The notes under the pieces are model-generated. The model ran no database searches and was not told the DNA's origin. It worked only from the letters and a program-made list of their open reading frames with translations. The translations under genes were made by a program, and so were the position numbers. A stretch of 64,000 nucleotides of DNA from Macrostomum lignano (Eukaryota): assembly GCA_002269645.1 (NCBI GenBank), contig NIVC01001994.1, forward strand, positions 151,173 to 215,172. The letters run 5' to 3'. Shown piece by piece: positions 35,201-48,540 of the stretch. How positions within the stretch are numbered: the first letter of the stretch is position 1; every line of letters begins with the position of its first letter.

Positions 35201-38200
35201 TGACTCACTGAGCCTCTTAGTGACCCATGAGCCTCTGAGTGACTCACTGAGCCTATGAGTGACTCACTGAGCCTCTTAGTGACTCACTGAGCCTCTTAGT
35301 GACTCACTGAGCCTATGAGTGACTCACTAAGCTTTCTGAGTCAGGTCTGAGTGAATCCCATGAGTCTGAGTGACGGAGTCTCAGTGGCTGGTGTTAGAAT
35401 CTCTGAGCGATTGGTGTTAGAGTCCCTGAGTGACTGGTGTTACAGTCCCTGAGTGACTGGTGTCAGAGTCCCTAAGTGACTGGTGTCAGAGTCCCTGAGT
35501 GACTGGTGTTAGTCCCTAAGTGACTGGTGTCAGAGTCCCTGAGTGACTGGTGTCAGAGTCCCTGAGTGACTGGTGTTAGAGTCCCTGAGTGACTGGTGTC
35601 AGAGTCCCTGAGTGACTGGTGTCAGAGTCCCTGAGTGACTGGTGTTAGAGTCCCTGAGTGACTGGTGTCAGAGTCCCTGAGTGACTGGTGTCAGAGTCCC
35701 TGAGTGACTGGTGTTAGAGTCCCTGAGTGACTGGTGTCAGAGTCCCTGAGTGACTGGTGTCAGAGTCCCTGAGTGACTGGTGTCAGAGTCCCTGAGTGAC
35801 TGGTGTTACAGTCCCTGAGTGACTGGTGTTAGAGTCCCTGAGTGACTGGTGTTACAGTCCCTGAGTGACTGGTGTTACAGAGCAATCAAGCACAGCCAGA
35901 AGCTCCTCACCCGAGATCTGGAATCCGCCGGGAACAATAACGACAAGTCGTGTCTGTACAGTTGCGGGTGGCGGCCAGACAGAGACACCAGCACGCCTCT
36001 ATAGACAAACAACCACAGGCAGCGCTGACGAACCAGCAGCACCATAGCCGGAGCAGCTTGCAGACGCTGATTCAAGCTTAAACTATAAATACCTTCGTTA
36101 GCGCCAATCAGCAGTACAGATTCGTTCCGAGGCGACGTCCATTTTGCTACAGCGTTGATTTTTAATGGACAATCATCGAATATTTTGCTGAGACCGCTGC
36201 CCAGTCTCAGGGGCCGGTGAGGCGGCTGAGCAGCAATCGGATCCGAGCACTGATGCTGATGTAGCAACTGATTGACAGCCATAATTTGCGTCGGTAGCTC
36301 CTGATTAGGCTCAGATTTTGGCCGGGGTAGCAGCGGAGTTGACGGATGCTGCTGGGTTGGCGTTGATGGCGGCGTTGGCGGAGCCGGCTCGACCGCTGCG
36401 ACCGGGTTCTGGAAGGCCGCACAATGAGTGAAACCGCGTATTGTTTTGAAGTACAGTAAGTACTATTAATCAAGTGTGAATGATTGATTGTCTTACAGAG
36501 TTAGTCAAAGTCGATGTGTCGCCGTTGCAACTAGCCAGAATGGTTGGTTGAGTGTCTCTACAAATGCGAAATGCGACGTACCGGACTATACTTGAGTGTA
36601 GTCAATGGTGATACTCAATAGTGTCCAAAGTGATACTTCAGTAGTCAGAGGTTGTGCTTAACAAATGTCCGAGATGATACTCAAAGACTGTCCGAGATGA
36701 TACTCAGACTGTCCGAGATGATACTCAAACTGTCCGAGATGATACTCAGACTGTCCGAGATGATACTCAAACTGTCCGAGATGATACTCAGACTGTCCGA
36801 GATGATACTCAGACTGTCCGAGATGATACTCAGACTGTCCGATATGATACTCAGACTGTCCGAGATGATACTCCAAGATTGTCCGAGATGATACTCCAAG
36901 ACTGTCCGAGATGATACTCAGACTGTCCGAGATGATACTCAGACTGTCCGAGATGATACTGAGACTGTCCGATATGATACTGAGACTGTCCGATATGATA
37001 CTAAGACTGTCCGAGATGATACTAGGACTGTCCGAGATGATACTAAGACTGTCCGAGATGATGCTCAAAGATTGTCAGAGATGCTATCTAAAGACTGTCC
37101 GATATGATACTTGAAGACTGTCCGAGAATATATTTAGACTTCCAAATGTACATGTTACTCAGAAATTATAAAATGATACTCAAAGGCTATCTAAATTAAT
37201 ATAATACTTAAAAGTCAAGAGAATGCGTTTTCTAAAATAAAATAATGTACAGAATTGTCTCTACAGCCAGCCAACTCACCCGCAAAACCAGGCTCGCTTG
37301 TCGTTGAATTTTCTCTGTCTCAACCTCTGGACAAGCAGTGCGCTGTTGGATGGAAGAGGCGATGGCTCACTGAATACTCACTTTTCATATCTGTCCTTTA
37401 ATACTCATCTCGTCTATCGAGTCTCTAACTTCTCATCTAGCCTCACTTCTTATCTCCCCTATCATCTCATCTAGCCTCACTTCTTATCGCCCCTATCATC
37501 TCATCTAGCCTCACTTCTTATCTCCCCTATCATCTCATCCTGCCTCACTTCTTATCTACCCTATCATCTCATCTAGCCTCACTTCTTATCTCCCCTATCA
37601 TCTCATCTAGCCTCACTTCTTATCTCCCCTATCATCTCATCCTGCCTCACTTCTTATCTACCCTATCATCTCATCTAGCCTCACTTCTTATCTCCCCTAT
37701 CATCTCATCTAGCCTCACTTTTTATCTCCCCTATCATCTCATCTAACCCTACTTCGAATCTTATCTCAACTCACTTGTCATCTCATCTCATTTCCCCTCA
37801 CTTCTCATCTCATCCCATTTCCCCTCACTTCTCATCTTATTTCCCCTCACTTCTCATCTTATCTCCCCTCACTTCTCCTATCCTCACGCTCCTTTGTCTT
37901 CAATTTAATTTTCCTTCACACAATCAGCTTACCTCCTTCCTGATCTATGCCAGGTAAGCGCATGTAATATTACAGCCATAATAAGAAACGTCAAATAATA
38001 ATACTCTAGCCCGACCTGTCCAATTAAATAATTATAATCCCAAGGGACAGGTGTTGTAAGACAAAATTACTCCCATGTCAGAGGAAGACTAGGCTCTCAG
38101 CGTAATTAGATGCTAGCACACAAGAAGCATATGTTTAGACATATGCAAGTCAGATAAACAAGCTCGCAAGTCTTAGGAGAGTGTAACAAACATGACGAAA

Positions 38201-41200
38201 CTAATTGGGCATCCGGATGAGGAACTGGTGCAGACATTGAAAACACAGGCTTGGACACAAATCGACACGAGCATATTGTATATTTAGCCCGTTGAGTAGT
38301 AGATATGCATTAGGGCTGACTGCTCATTAACTATGGCTGGGTGGGACAGACAGAAGGGGCCCACCGCTGGAAATGAACTGCTCAGGACTGCGTGCTTGTG
38401 AACCACTTGTTATGGGATGGCTGTCTCCCACTTACTGCCTTAATGCTGTAGTATTTGTGCGTGCCGGTCAGTGAGTCAGTGGGTCAGTGAGTCAGTCAGT
38501 GAGTCAGTCAGTGAGTCAGTGGGTCAGTGAGTCAGTCAGTGAGTCAGTCAGTGAGTCAGTGGGTCAGTGAGTCAGTTAGTGAGTCAGTGAGTCAGTCAAT
38601 GAGTCAGTGAGTCAGTGAGTCAGTCAGTGAGTCAGTGGGTCAGTGAGTCAGTTAGTGAGTCAGTCAGTGAGTCAGTCAGTCAGTCAGTGAGTCAGTTAGT
38701 GAGTCAGTCAGTGAGTCAGTCAGTGAGTCAGTGAGTCAGTGAGTCAGTTAGTGAGTCAGTCAGTGAGTCAGTCAGTGAGTCAGTGAGTCAGTCAGTGGGT
38801 CAGTGAGTCAGTGGGTCAGTGAGTCAGTGAGTCTGTGAGTCAGTCAGTGGGTCAGTGAGTCAGTCAGTGAGTCAGTGAGTCAGTCAGTGAGTCAGTGGGT
38901 CAGTGAGTCAGTGAGTCAGTCAGTCAGTGAGTCAGTGGGTCAGTGAGTCAGTGAGTCAGTCAGTGAGTGAGTCAGTGGGTCAGTGAGTCAGTGAGTCAGT
39001 CAGTGAGTCAGTCAGTCAGTGAGTCAGTGGGTCAGTGAGTCAGTGAGTCAGTCAGTCAGTCAGTCAGTCAGTCAGTCAGTCAGTCAGTCAGTCAGTCAGT
39101 CAGTCAGTCAGTCAGTCAGTTAGTCTGTCTGTCTGTGTGTCTGTCTGCCTGTCTGTCTCTCTGTCTGTCTGTCTTAATCTGTCCTAATGTCTAAGTAACA
39201 CGACATGATATGTCCACCTGTCAATCGGGATTTAATAACAAAGCAAATTCACTCACTTGCTGTCCATCAGATCCTCAGCGCTTGCTGACCGCTTTGGCGG
39301 TCCAGTCAGGGTACCCGAAGCCTCTGTTGGCGAGGATGCGGCGCTGAGGGAAAAACCAATTAATTACGCAATAACATGATTATCTATAAAAATGACAACG
39401 AGAATGTCACCCGCTCACACGGGGTGTACAGCGGCCATTGAACCCTCTCTGCGCCTTGGGGGCTGGCCCTCATAGACCTGCCAAGACATTCCAACAGCAA
39501 CTCACCAAGCCTTGCAGTCGTCTTCAATGCCAACGCCGTTACCATCGGCGACCATCGCTGCGCCGACGCCACCGCCGCCACCGTTGGCAGGCCAGCCGAC
39601 TCGAATCGAATCCTCAGTCGGTGTCATCGCCTCTTCAACTGCGCGAGGCGCCGCTCCGCCGCCGACAGCCCCGGCGCTAGCAGACGAAGTATCAACATCT
39701 TCAACAGGCGGCGAAGTCCGACCAAGCAGTTCCGCGTAGACGCCGGCGCCGCCGCCTCCGCCAACGAAGCCCTGATAGCGGCGGCAATCTTCGCGGAACT
39801 GCACTAGCAGAGCTCTGGTGAGGTGCTCGCCAAGATCCTGACTGGCTAAGAACTGATGACCCAGCAGCTCCTGAGCGGTTGGCCGACTTTTCGGACTCAA
39901 ACGAAGCGCAGTCTTTAGGAACTCGTGAAAACTGGCGCTCCAGCTGGATTTCTCTTTCAGCTTAGGCGGCCGGTAGCGGCTGCTGGCCAGCAGCTGCAGC
40001 GCCTTCATCGGGTGCAGGCTGAACATCGGCGGCTCGAGTTCGGCCAGCTCGATAGCCGTAATGCCCGCCGCCCAGGTGTCGCAGCGTTCGTCATAGCCAC
40101 CTTTCCGGCGCACGTCGGCAACCTGGGATTCGGTGAAAGTCAAATTGTCACTGAGAGTCAAATTGTCACTGACAGTCAAATTGTCACTGACAGTCAAATT
40201 GTCACTGATAGTCAAAATGTCACTGACAGTCAGTCAAAATGTCACTGACAGTCAGTCAAAATGTCACTGACAGTCAAAATTTCACTGACAGTCGGTCAAA
40301 TTGTCACTGACAGTCAAATTGTCACTGACAGTCAAATTGTCACTGACAGTCAGTCAAAATGTCACTGACAGTCAAAATTTCACTGACAGTCAAATTGTCA
40401 CTGACAGTCAAGATGTCACTGAGAGTCAAATTGTCACTGACAGTCAAAATGTCACTGAGAGTGAGTCAAAACGTCACTGACAGTCAAAATGTCACTGACA
40501 GTCAAATTGTCACTGGCAGTAAAATAGTCACTGAAAGCAAAAATTATATGCTTGAGAAACTCGGTGACTTTGTTAAAAATGAAACAGAGCCATGTAGATA
40601 ATACAGGGGATTAAGAATCTATATGTCTATTTATACTACCAACTGATAAAATACAAGTAATTAAGATTAAATAAAAGCATTGTAAATAAAATATCGAATA
40701 AAAAAAACAATTTAAATTCAATATTAGCGTATTTTGACTGACTAAAGACTATTTTAAATTAATCAGATCAGGCACTAAAAGTTCATCTCTAAACCATCCA
40801 ATTAGCGATTTAAATTCTACTCAAATTGCAAGCAAATAATTGTAGCTTCCAATTAAACTGCCTGTATTGCTAATTAATGTTAAAACCAAACAACTCTTTC
40901 GTTTTAATCTCTTTCCTAAAAAACCTTTCTTGTGAACAGGAGTCAGGATGTTAATTTTTTTATAGAATGATTTCTAATTTGGACGGTAATTTGCCTATCG
41001 TCTACTTGAGGTACGAAGAGTTGCATTTTTAGTAGAATGTTATTGAATAAAATATTTTATATCTTATAGAGCTCTATGAATTATTCTTTTCTCTCTTCGC
41101 ATCAGAGAACCACCTTCGATCCGCCCCCATCTTAAGAATCACCCCAGATCCGCCGCCACCCTTGAGAATCACCCCAGATCCGCTCCTATCCTTGAGAATC

Positions 41201-44200
41201 ACTCCATATCCGCCCCATCTTTGAGAATCACCCCAGATCCGCCCCCACCCTTGAGAATCACTCCATATACGCCCTATCTTTGAGAATCACCCCAGATCCA
41301 CTCCTACCCTTGAGAATCACTCCATATCCGCCCTATCTTTGAGAATGACTCCAGATCTGCCCCCATCCTTGAGAATCACTCCATATCCGCCCCATCTTTG
41401 AGAATCACCCCAGATCCGCCCCCGCCCTTGAGAATCACTCCATATACGCCCCATCTTTGAGAATGACTCCAGATCTGCCCCCATCCTTGAGAATCACTCC
41501 ATATCCGCCCCATCTTTGAGAATCACCCCAGATCCGCCCCCGCCCTTGAGAATCACTCCATATACGCCCCATCTTTGAGAATCACCCCAGATCCGCCTCC
41601 ACCCTTGAGAATCACCCCAGATCTGCCCCCACCCTTGAGAATCACCCCAGATCCGCCTCCACCCTTGAGAATCACCCCAGATCCGCCCCCACCCTTGAGA
41701 ATCACTCCAGATCCGCCCCATCTTTGAGAATCACTCAATATCCGCCCCATCTTTGAGAATCACCCCAGATCCGCCCCCACCCTTGAGAATCACTCCAGAT
41801 CCGCCCCATCTTTGAGAATCACTCAATATCCGCCCCATCTTTGAGAATCACCCCAGATCCGCCCCCACCCTTGAGAATCACCCCAGATCCGCCCCCACCC
41901 TTGAGAATCACCCCAGATCCGCCTCCACCCTTGAGAATCACCCCAGATCTGCCCCCACCCTTGAGAATCACCCCAGATCCGCCTCCACCCTTGAGAATCA
42001 CCCCAGATCCGCCCCCACCCTTGAGAATCACCCCAGATCCGCCTCCACCCTTGAGAATCACCCCAGATCTGCCCCCACCCTTGAGAATCACCCTAGATCC
42101 GCTCCTACCCTTGAGAATCACTCCATATCCGCCCCATCTTTGAGAATCACCCCAGATCCGCCCTTACCATTGAGAATGATCCCATATCCGCCCCATCTTT
42201 GAGAATGACCCCAGATCCGCTCCCACCCCGAAGCACAAACAGAAAAGCAGCTCAAGTCCTCACCTCGGGCGCCATCCAGTAAGGTGTGCCAATAAACGAC
42301 ATTCTCTTGCCAATGGTTTCACTAATTTGAGCCGATATACCGAAGTCGGCCAATTTAACGCAGCCAGACTTGGTTAGTAGAATATTGGCACCCTTCACGT
42401 CTCGATGAATCTGCTGTTTAGTGTGCATATGAGCCAGGCCGCGCAATGTCTCGCGCATAACAAAGGCGATTGTAGCCTCTTCGAATGGTCGGCGAGTTGT
42501 AGCATAGATGTCTTGCAGTGATTTGCCGCCGCAGTATTCCATGGCTATCCATAGACTCGCGTGGCTGCAGGCACGACTGTCGCTGTTCGGCGATAAGAGT
42601 AGGTGATAATGTAGTAATGGCCCTTAAAAGGGCCGTTTTTCATTTCAATAGTGAGAAGATAAGATGATGAAGCAATGGCCCTTAAAAGAGCTGTTTTATC
42701 AATTCCTAATACTAAGATCAAATGATGAAGCAATGGCCCTTAAAAGGGCCGTTTTTTTCATTTTAATTGTGGGAAGTGAGATGATGAATCAACGGCCTTT
42801 TAAAGGGCTGTTTTATCAATTCCGAAAACTAAGAAGATCAGATGATAAAGCAATAGCCCTTAAAAGAGCCGTTTTATCAGTTCCTAATACTAAGAATATC
42901 AGATGATGAAGCAATAGCCCTTAATAAGGCCGTTTTATACTTAAAGACTACCCGTTCAAAAGTGAGTCGGTCACATTCTTTGGTGACAGTCGAAATTGCG
43001 ACACTGCCCGTCATGCTTGTGACCGTCAAGTTTGAAAGTGATGTGACCGTCAACAATGGGACCTTCAAACATCACCAAGCTAGGGTCACATTGATGATCA
43101 CGAGAGACTGTTTATTTGACAGTCTTACTAGTGAGTTTATTTGACTGTCAAAATGAAGGGTCACAATGAAGGGTCACAATGAAGGGTCCCAATGAAGGGT
43201 CACAATGAAGGGTCACAATGAAGGGTCACATGTGATACATTCGTTTAAATGTCACAAAACGCAATTGAGGATTGGGGGACGCTTCTAGAATGACTCTGGG
43301 GCCGTAGAGTTGTACGAGTATCTGAGGCAAAAAGTCATGTGCGTAGTTCAAATGCACAAATTTAGGCATGCACTTGACCCATTGTTAGCATTGGTACGTA
43401 CAATTATATAGATTTTATACAAGTTATACTCACGTTAGAAAGGCGCCAAAGAACTCCACAATATTAGGATGGTGGCAGTCCTTCAGCACATAGAGCTCAG
43501 TAAGGATGGTTTTCAAATCGTCTGCTGGATCAATTCTGACAGACTTCATCGCTGCATAGGTTCCAGATGCCTTCTGTTTTGCCTAAAATGTGATTTAAAA
43601 CATGATATCCATTGTGACATAATAAATTAAAGCCTTTCATTTTCCTAGAACAATATTGAATATTTTTCAATGCATTTATTTCTAAAAAATTTAACATTTC
43701 TACTTTTAGTAGAGTACTAGTAGGAGTGTATTATTTTTCTTAATTTCAATATTCTGTCATTCTTACTGTATGTATAGTAGCTAGAAAATCCTAGGCATAA
43801 TAATTTATTTATTGATCTCACAGTTATAAACTATTATTAATATACTAACTATTTTGTAGCAGTTTAACCTGTGGTAGCTAATACTATAAGGGTAACATTT
43901 AGTCTATGATTCCATTTAGAAATATTAAATAATACTTCAGATTTCTCTCCTCTTTTCTTCATTGTAAAAAATTGCAATCTTACTTATCATAAAATAACTT
44001 TAAGTCATAACAACCCTACTATCTAATAATACCCATACTTTCAAAGATGCTCTCTTGCGAAAAACTCTTGTATACAACAAGGACCAGGTAGTCATATGCT
44101 TTGTGCATAACATGTATCAAGGAGCCTACCAAGATTTTTATATATACAATATGCACCCCTATCAGTGCAACTATATCACATTGAAAGGGCCTGTCAACTT

Positions 44201-45817
44201 AAGCTTATAAAGTGGAGCCCGAGTAACCTATGTATGCAAATGATGTCATTCTGCTCATAGTTATACTAGGAAGCTAGGTTTGGTAAGTGACAAAAATTGG
44301 ACTTGGGATAGGAGAGAACAAGCAAGGGGATAATTAGGGACTCTACTTTATAAGCTAGAGTTGACATAAATCATCCAAAAATTTAATGATTATAAATGCA
44401 TGCCAAAAAAATTGAGTGCATGCCTATTCCCAGAAACTACACCAGTGTTGATTTTTCTGCTTTTTTGGCAATACTATTTATAGCAGAAAATCAATACATT
44501 TGATTTTTTGTTGAAATACTATAATACAAGCTTTAAAAACTTAGAAAGCTTGAAATTTATGCTAAAAAATGAATTCTTTCTGTGTGAGTCTATAAAGTAC
44601 ATGCCAGGTGTATTTTCTTAGGAACGATACATGCCAGGTGTGCATGCCTACTTTTGGCATACAGGACCAATGCATACCCAAATTTTTTGGCATATATTAT
44701 ATTATCTAGAATATAATAATAATACTAGTCAGCAGAATATAGTCAAGTAACTAAATTATTAATGAAATATAGTAAGGACAAGGCAAACCAAACTTGTCAA
44801 TACTAGAGTTGATAAATAAGATATTGACAAATTTGGTGGGACCCTCTTATAAAGCTATAATAATATAAGATAAGGTCTATACTTTTTAGATTAATTTATA
44901 TAGGCTTAGCCCACTATCAAGTCAAGAAGATGTCTAGTATATGCCAGATTTTTTAAGCAAATTTTTAGATATATGCCAAGTATGCCAAAAATTTAAAATG
45001 TCACTTTGTCATATATCTTAAAACCTCAAAATTATGCAACCTTACTTTTGCACCACAATAAACTATGAAAAAATTCTTTTTTTATTGCAACAATCAATGA
45101 TTTTTTTGCATTGTAACATTTGAAATTTCTATATTTATAATTATATACAATATATGAAATAAATATTGTCTTTTTTCTTCATGACAACATGTAATTACAC
45201 TAAGTTTAGATACTAAAATTCTTTAAAATAGCACTATTTAGTATTATCATATGCAATTATTTTTTGCTTTTTTGCTTGCACTCCTATCACCACATTTAAA
45301 GAAGAGTCTTAGTTCTTTATTTTACTGCTTCTTTTTTTCAAAATATTCTACCTATTATTATAAAAACAAAATATACTTTGAACCAATTTTTTAAATAGCT
45401 TTGTATACTACTTTTTGTATACCAAATACAACTTTTTAAGATTCAAGCATGCCAAAGAAATGTGAAAGGCTAATGCATGCTAAAAATTCTAGTATATAAA
45501 ACACCTTTCTGATTATGGTCTGAGGCTTAGCTAATGTTATGATATTAATATTCTATACTATTTTTATACTCAATAAAACTATATGAATAAATCAAAACAA
45601 ATAAAGAAATAACAAAAACAATAATTTTTACAGGCCTTATACACTATAGGCTCTTAATTACCTTATAAACATGTCCATATGTGCCACTCCCAATTTCTTT
45701 GATACTATCATAGACATCCCAAGGATCTGTTCCTTTGATGACTGATAGCAACTGTGGATGTCTTTGAAAAATCAGTTCACGTGGATAGACTTTGTGATTA
45801 TGGTTGCTAACTGGCAT
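32256..45817 (-). CDS. MAP4K3: MAP4K3/MAP4K5-type (GCK-I) Ste20 kinase with C-terminal CNH domain, ~890 aa
   Basis: Well-supported exons 45817-45662 ([10 protein letters not shown]), 43582-43434 ([19 protein letters not shown]), 42564-42264 ([20 protein letters not shown]), 40122-39506 ([21 protein letters not shown]), 39343-39257, 36408-35911, 33908-33516, 32657-32256 (CNH, ending ..[16 protein letters not shown]). Linker exons 37944-37933, 37395-37382, 37326-37280 are tentative; with them the total is 2676 nt (891 aa). MAP4K3 versus MAP4K5 cannot be resolved here. Confidence 0.88.
32698..33470. repeat. Intronic minisatellites (21-24-bp units)
   Basis: CCCATTAGATACCTGCCTGATA, CCTAGTAGATACCTGTCTGAGATA and CCATTAGTTACCTAGATCTGCAATAC arrays. 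Confidence 0.85.
33958..34727. repeat. 20/22-bp minisatellite
   Basis: GGTCACTCAAGAGACTCAGGGT. Confidence 0.9.
35120..35880. repeat. Two adjacent minisatellites (20 bp and 22 bp)
   Basis: GTGACTCACTGAGCCTCTTA (35120-35340) and GTGACTGGTGTCAGAGTCCCTGA-type unit (35410-35880). Confidence 0.9.
36668..37130. repeat. 21-bp minisatellite
   Basis: GATACTCAGACTGTCCGAGAT. Confidence 0.9.
37430..37880. repeat. Pyrimidine-rich ~34-bp minisatellite
   Basis: CTCATCTAGCCTCACTTCTTATCTCCCCTATCAT. Confidence 0.85.
38467..39175. repeat. Compound GTCA/GTGA microsatellite
   Basis: GTGAGTCAGTCA mixtures grading into (GTCA)n and (GTCT)n. Confidence 0.9.
40138..40535. repeat. 18/22-bp minisatellite
   Basis: GTCAAATTGTCACTGACA. 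Confidence 0.9.
41115..42230. repeat. 30-bp minisatellite
   Basis: CCTTGAGAATCACCCCAGATCCGCCCCCAC and variants. Confidence 0.9.
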
Positions 45818-47667
45818 TTTGATTGGTCATATTATTTTTGATTCAGTTGTATAGAAACTATCCAAATGAGAAAACTACAACTACAATTGAATTGGTTTTT
45901 GTAATCAGAACCAAATTCTGACAAAATATAAAGGCACAATTATATATGCCTCAACTTCAATGAGCCCTTAGCTAGTTAAACATTTTTTAGGCTTTGGAAT
46001 TTAGACGAAGGCAAATGGACAGCGAGAACTATTAAATTTGGTTAGGCAAGGCCAAATAGAATATCTGGTGTTTGCTTAAGTGCTTAATGATAATAAGCCT
46101 ATTTCCCAAATTAAACGTTTTAATTCAATTGAAAACGATTATTAAAAAGTAACAATATAAAACTTTTAAAAAAGCGTCTAGTGGTGTATAATGGTGCAAT
46201 TCAACTATCAAAAATAGTTCATAATTCCTGCAGTCCACAGCTTTGGTATCAGTCAGCAATTGCTGTAGTTTAGTTTGTCAAATATAGAATAGCTTTATAA
46301 GAAAACTATAGTATTTAAAATTGCTACAGAATAGTGACTATTAAAACTAATTTATTTATTAGTTATGTAGGGAATCGTATTTTTTGTCATTTAATTTCCA
46401 TCATTAAATACATTAAACTAAATACATACTTATGATTACTCTATACCAGGGTAGTAATTACTACGCATCATTTGACCTACTTAAACGGTTATCGTGCGAT
46501 TCACACCCATGATTCATGGGCCATGAAAGCCAATCCTCGAGGAACAGAAAGTGGCCACTGTCCACCCCGTGTGAGCGTATGTTTGTGAGTGCCTGCTGCT
46601 TAAAGTACATTTTGGCGCACGCGTTGTGTGCTCAATTGGGTTCGATCAGCAAACGGAATGGGACGTAATTATTAAGGCATATTTCCGCAGGTTGTAGAGG
46701 TGCTGCTGAAAGAGTTGCACCAGGCTAGCTAGGGTGCCCAAAAACCTCCTGCAGTAACTAAAGAACTTCGTCTGTTGGAGTAATTAGAAGAGCTAGAATA
46801 AGCTTTAGTTCTGGAACAATAAGTTTAATAAAGATACATACATGTACATGTTTGTACAAACATAATGTGAATTGCATCACATCGCATATGCTGTAGATAT
46901 TGTAGCTACTGTATTGTAGCCGCCTGCATGTACCGTGCTAAGATTAAAGTATAATAACAAGAAAACAATTCAACCACGGTATATAGTTCTATACATATTT
47001 TCAGCAACCCGTCTGTGGTGAACTGAATTGCGAAATTGAAATGCTAGGTGTACGTACATGTACATGTACGCATGTGTGTACATAGTTAGTAGTTAGTAGT
47101 CTATCAAGAAATTCAACAAGATATACATTTATATTTATGCATGTGGCGAACGCGCGCAACGTGCATATCAATACCTGTTTTTAAAAATTAGAATAATTAT
47201 TTAAATAATAAATACTGGTAAATATATACTTTTTGAATTTTATTGAATATTAATTTGAATTAAAGACTCAGCTAACAAGATCAGATTATGCATTTTAGGA
47301 TGACAAATGAGTCATGGCCGATACAAAATCACTAATTAATATTCGTTATAACATAATTATAATAAATCATTAATTTGATTTTAAAACCGGCATCCAAAAA
47401 TATACACACTACACTTATCAGTGAAACGCCCCCATTAGAAGCAATTGAAGGAATTAAGCGCGATCTGCAGCTTAGAAAACCTCTTCTTCATTTGGCATAA
47501 ATTATTTTTCAACAACCATTTCGCTTGGGAACTGGTTGCTTCTCTACAGCTGCTGGTAGTGCATGTTGTGTGAAGAATCGTGAGGATCGTCGATTCGAAA
47601 TCGACGTGTGCTCATGGCAAATCGGATCTGGCTTGGTTTTTTCTGGTACATGTATAATGCGTGTAAA

Positions 47668-48540
47668 CCTCCCTTCTCTCTCCTTTGCCTCCCTTTTCTT
47701 TCTCCCTTCTCTCTCCCTTGTCTCCCCTTCTCTTTCCTTTCTCTCTCCCTGTCTCCCCTTTCTCTCTCCATTGCCTTCCCTTCTCTCTCCCTTGCCTTCC
47801 CTTTCTCTCTCCCTTCTCTCTCCCTTGCCTCCCCTTTCTCTCTCTCCCTTCTCTCTCCCTGTCTCCCCCTTCTCTCTCCCTTCTCTCTCCCTGTCTCCCC
47901 TTTCTCTCTCTCCCTTCTCTCTCCCTGTCTCCCCTTTCTCTTTCCCTTCTCTCTCCCTGTCTCCCCTTTCTCTCTCTCCCTTCTCTCTCCCTGTCTCCCC
48001 TTTCTCTCTCCCTTCTCTCTCCCTGTCTCCCCTTTCTCTCTCCCTTCTCTCTCCCTGTCTCCCCTTTCTCTCTCTCCCTTCTCTCTCCCTGTCTCCCCTT
48101 TCTCTCTCCCTTCTCTCTCACTTGCCTCCCCTTTCTCTCTCCCTTCTCTCTCCCTGTCTCCCCTTTCTCTCTCTCCCTTCTCTCTCCCTGTCTCCCCTTT
48201 CTCTTTCCCTTCTCTCTCCCTGTCTCTCCCTTCTCTCTCCCTTCTCTCTCCCTGTCTCCCCTTTCTCTCTCCCTTCTCTCTCCCTGTCTCCCCTTTCTCT
48301 CTCCCTTCTCTCTCCCTGTCTCCCCTTTCCCTCTCCCTTCTCTCTCCCTTCTCTCTCACTTGCCTCCCCTTTCTCTCTCCCTTATCTCCCCTTTCTCTCT
48401 CCCTTGTCTCCCCTTTCTCTCTCCCTTGTCTCCCCTTTCTCTCTCCCTTGTCTCCCCTTTCTCTCTCTCTTGCTTCCCTTTCTCTCTCTCCCTTGCCTCC
48501 CCTTTCTCTCTTCTTTCTCTCTTCTCTCTCCCTTCCGTTT
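47668..48540. repeat. ~870-bp polypyrimidine/polypurine tract
   Basis: Almost only C/T on the plus strand (CTCCCTGTCTCCCCTTTCTCTCTCCCTTCT-like). Confidence 0.9.
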
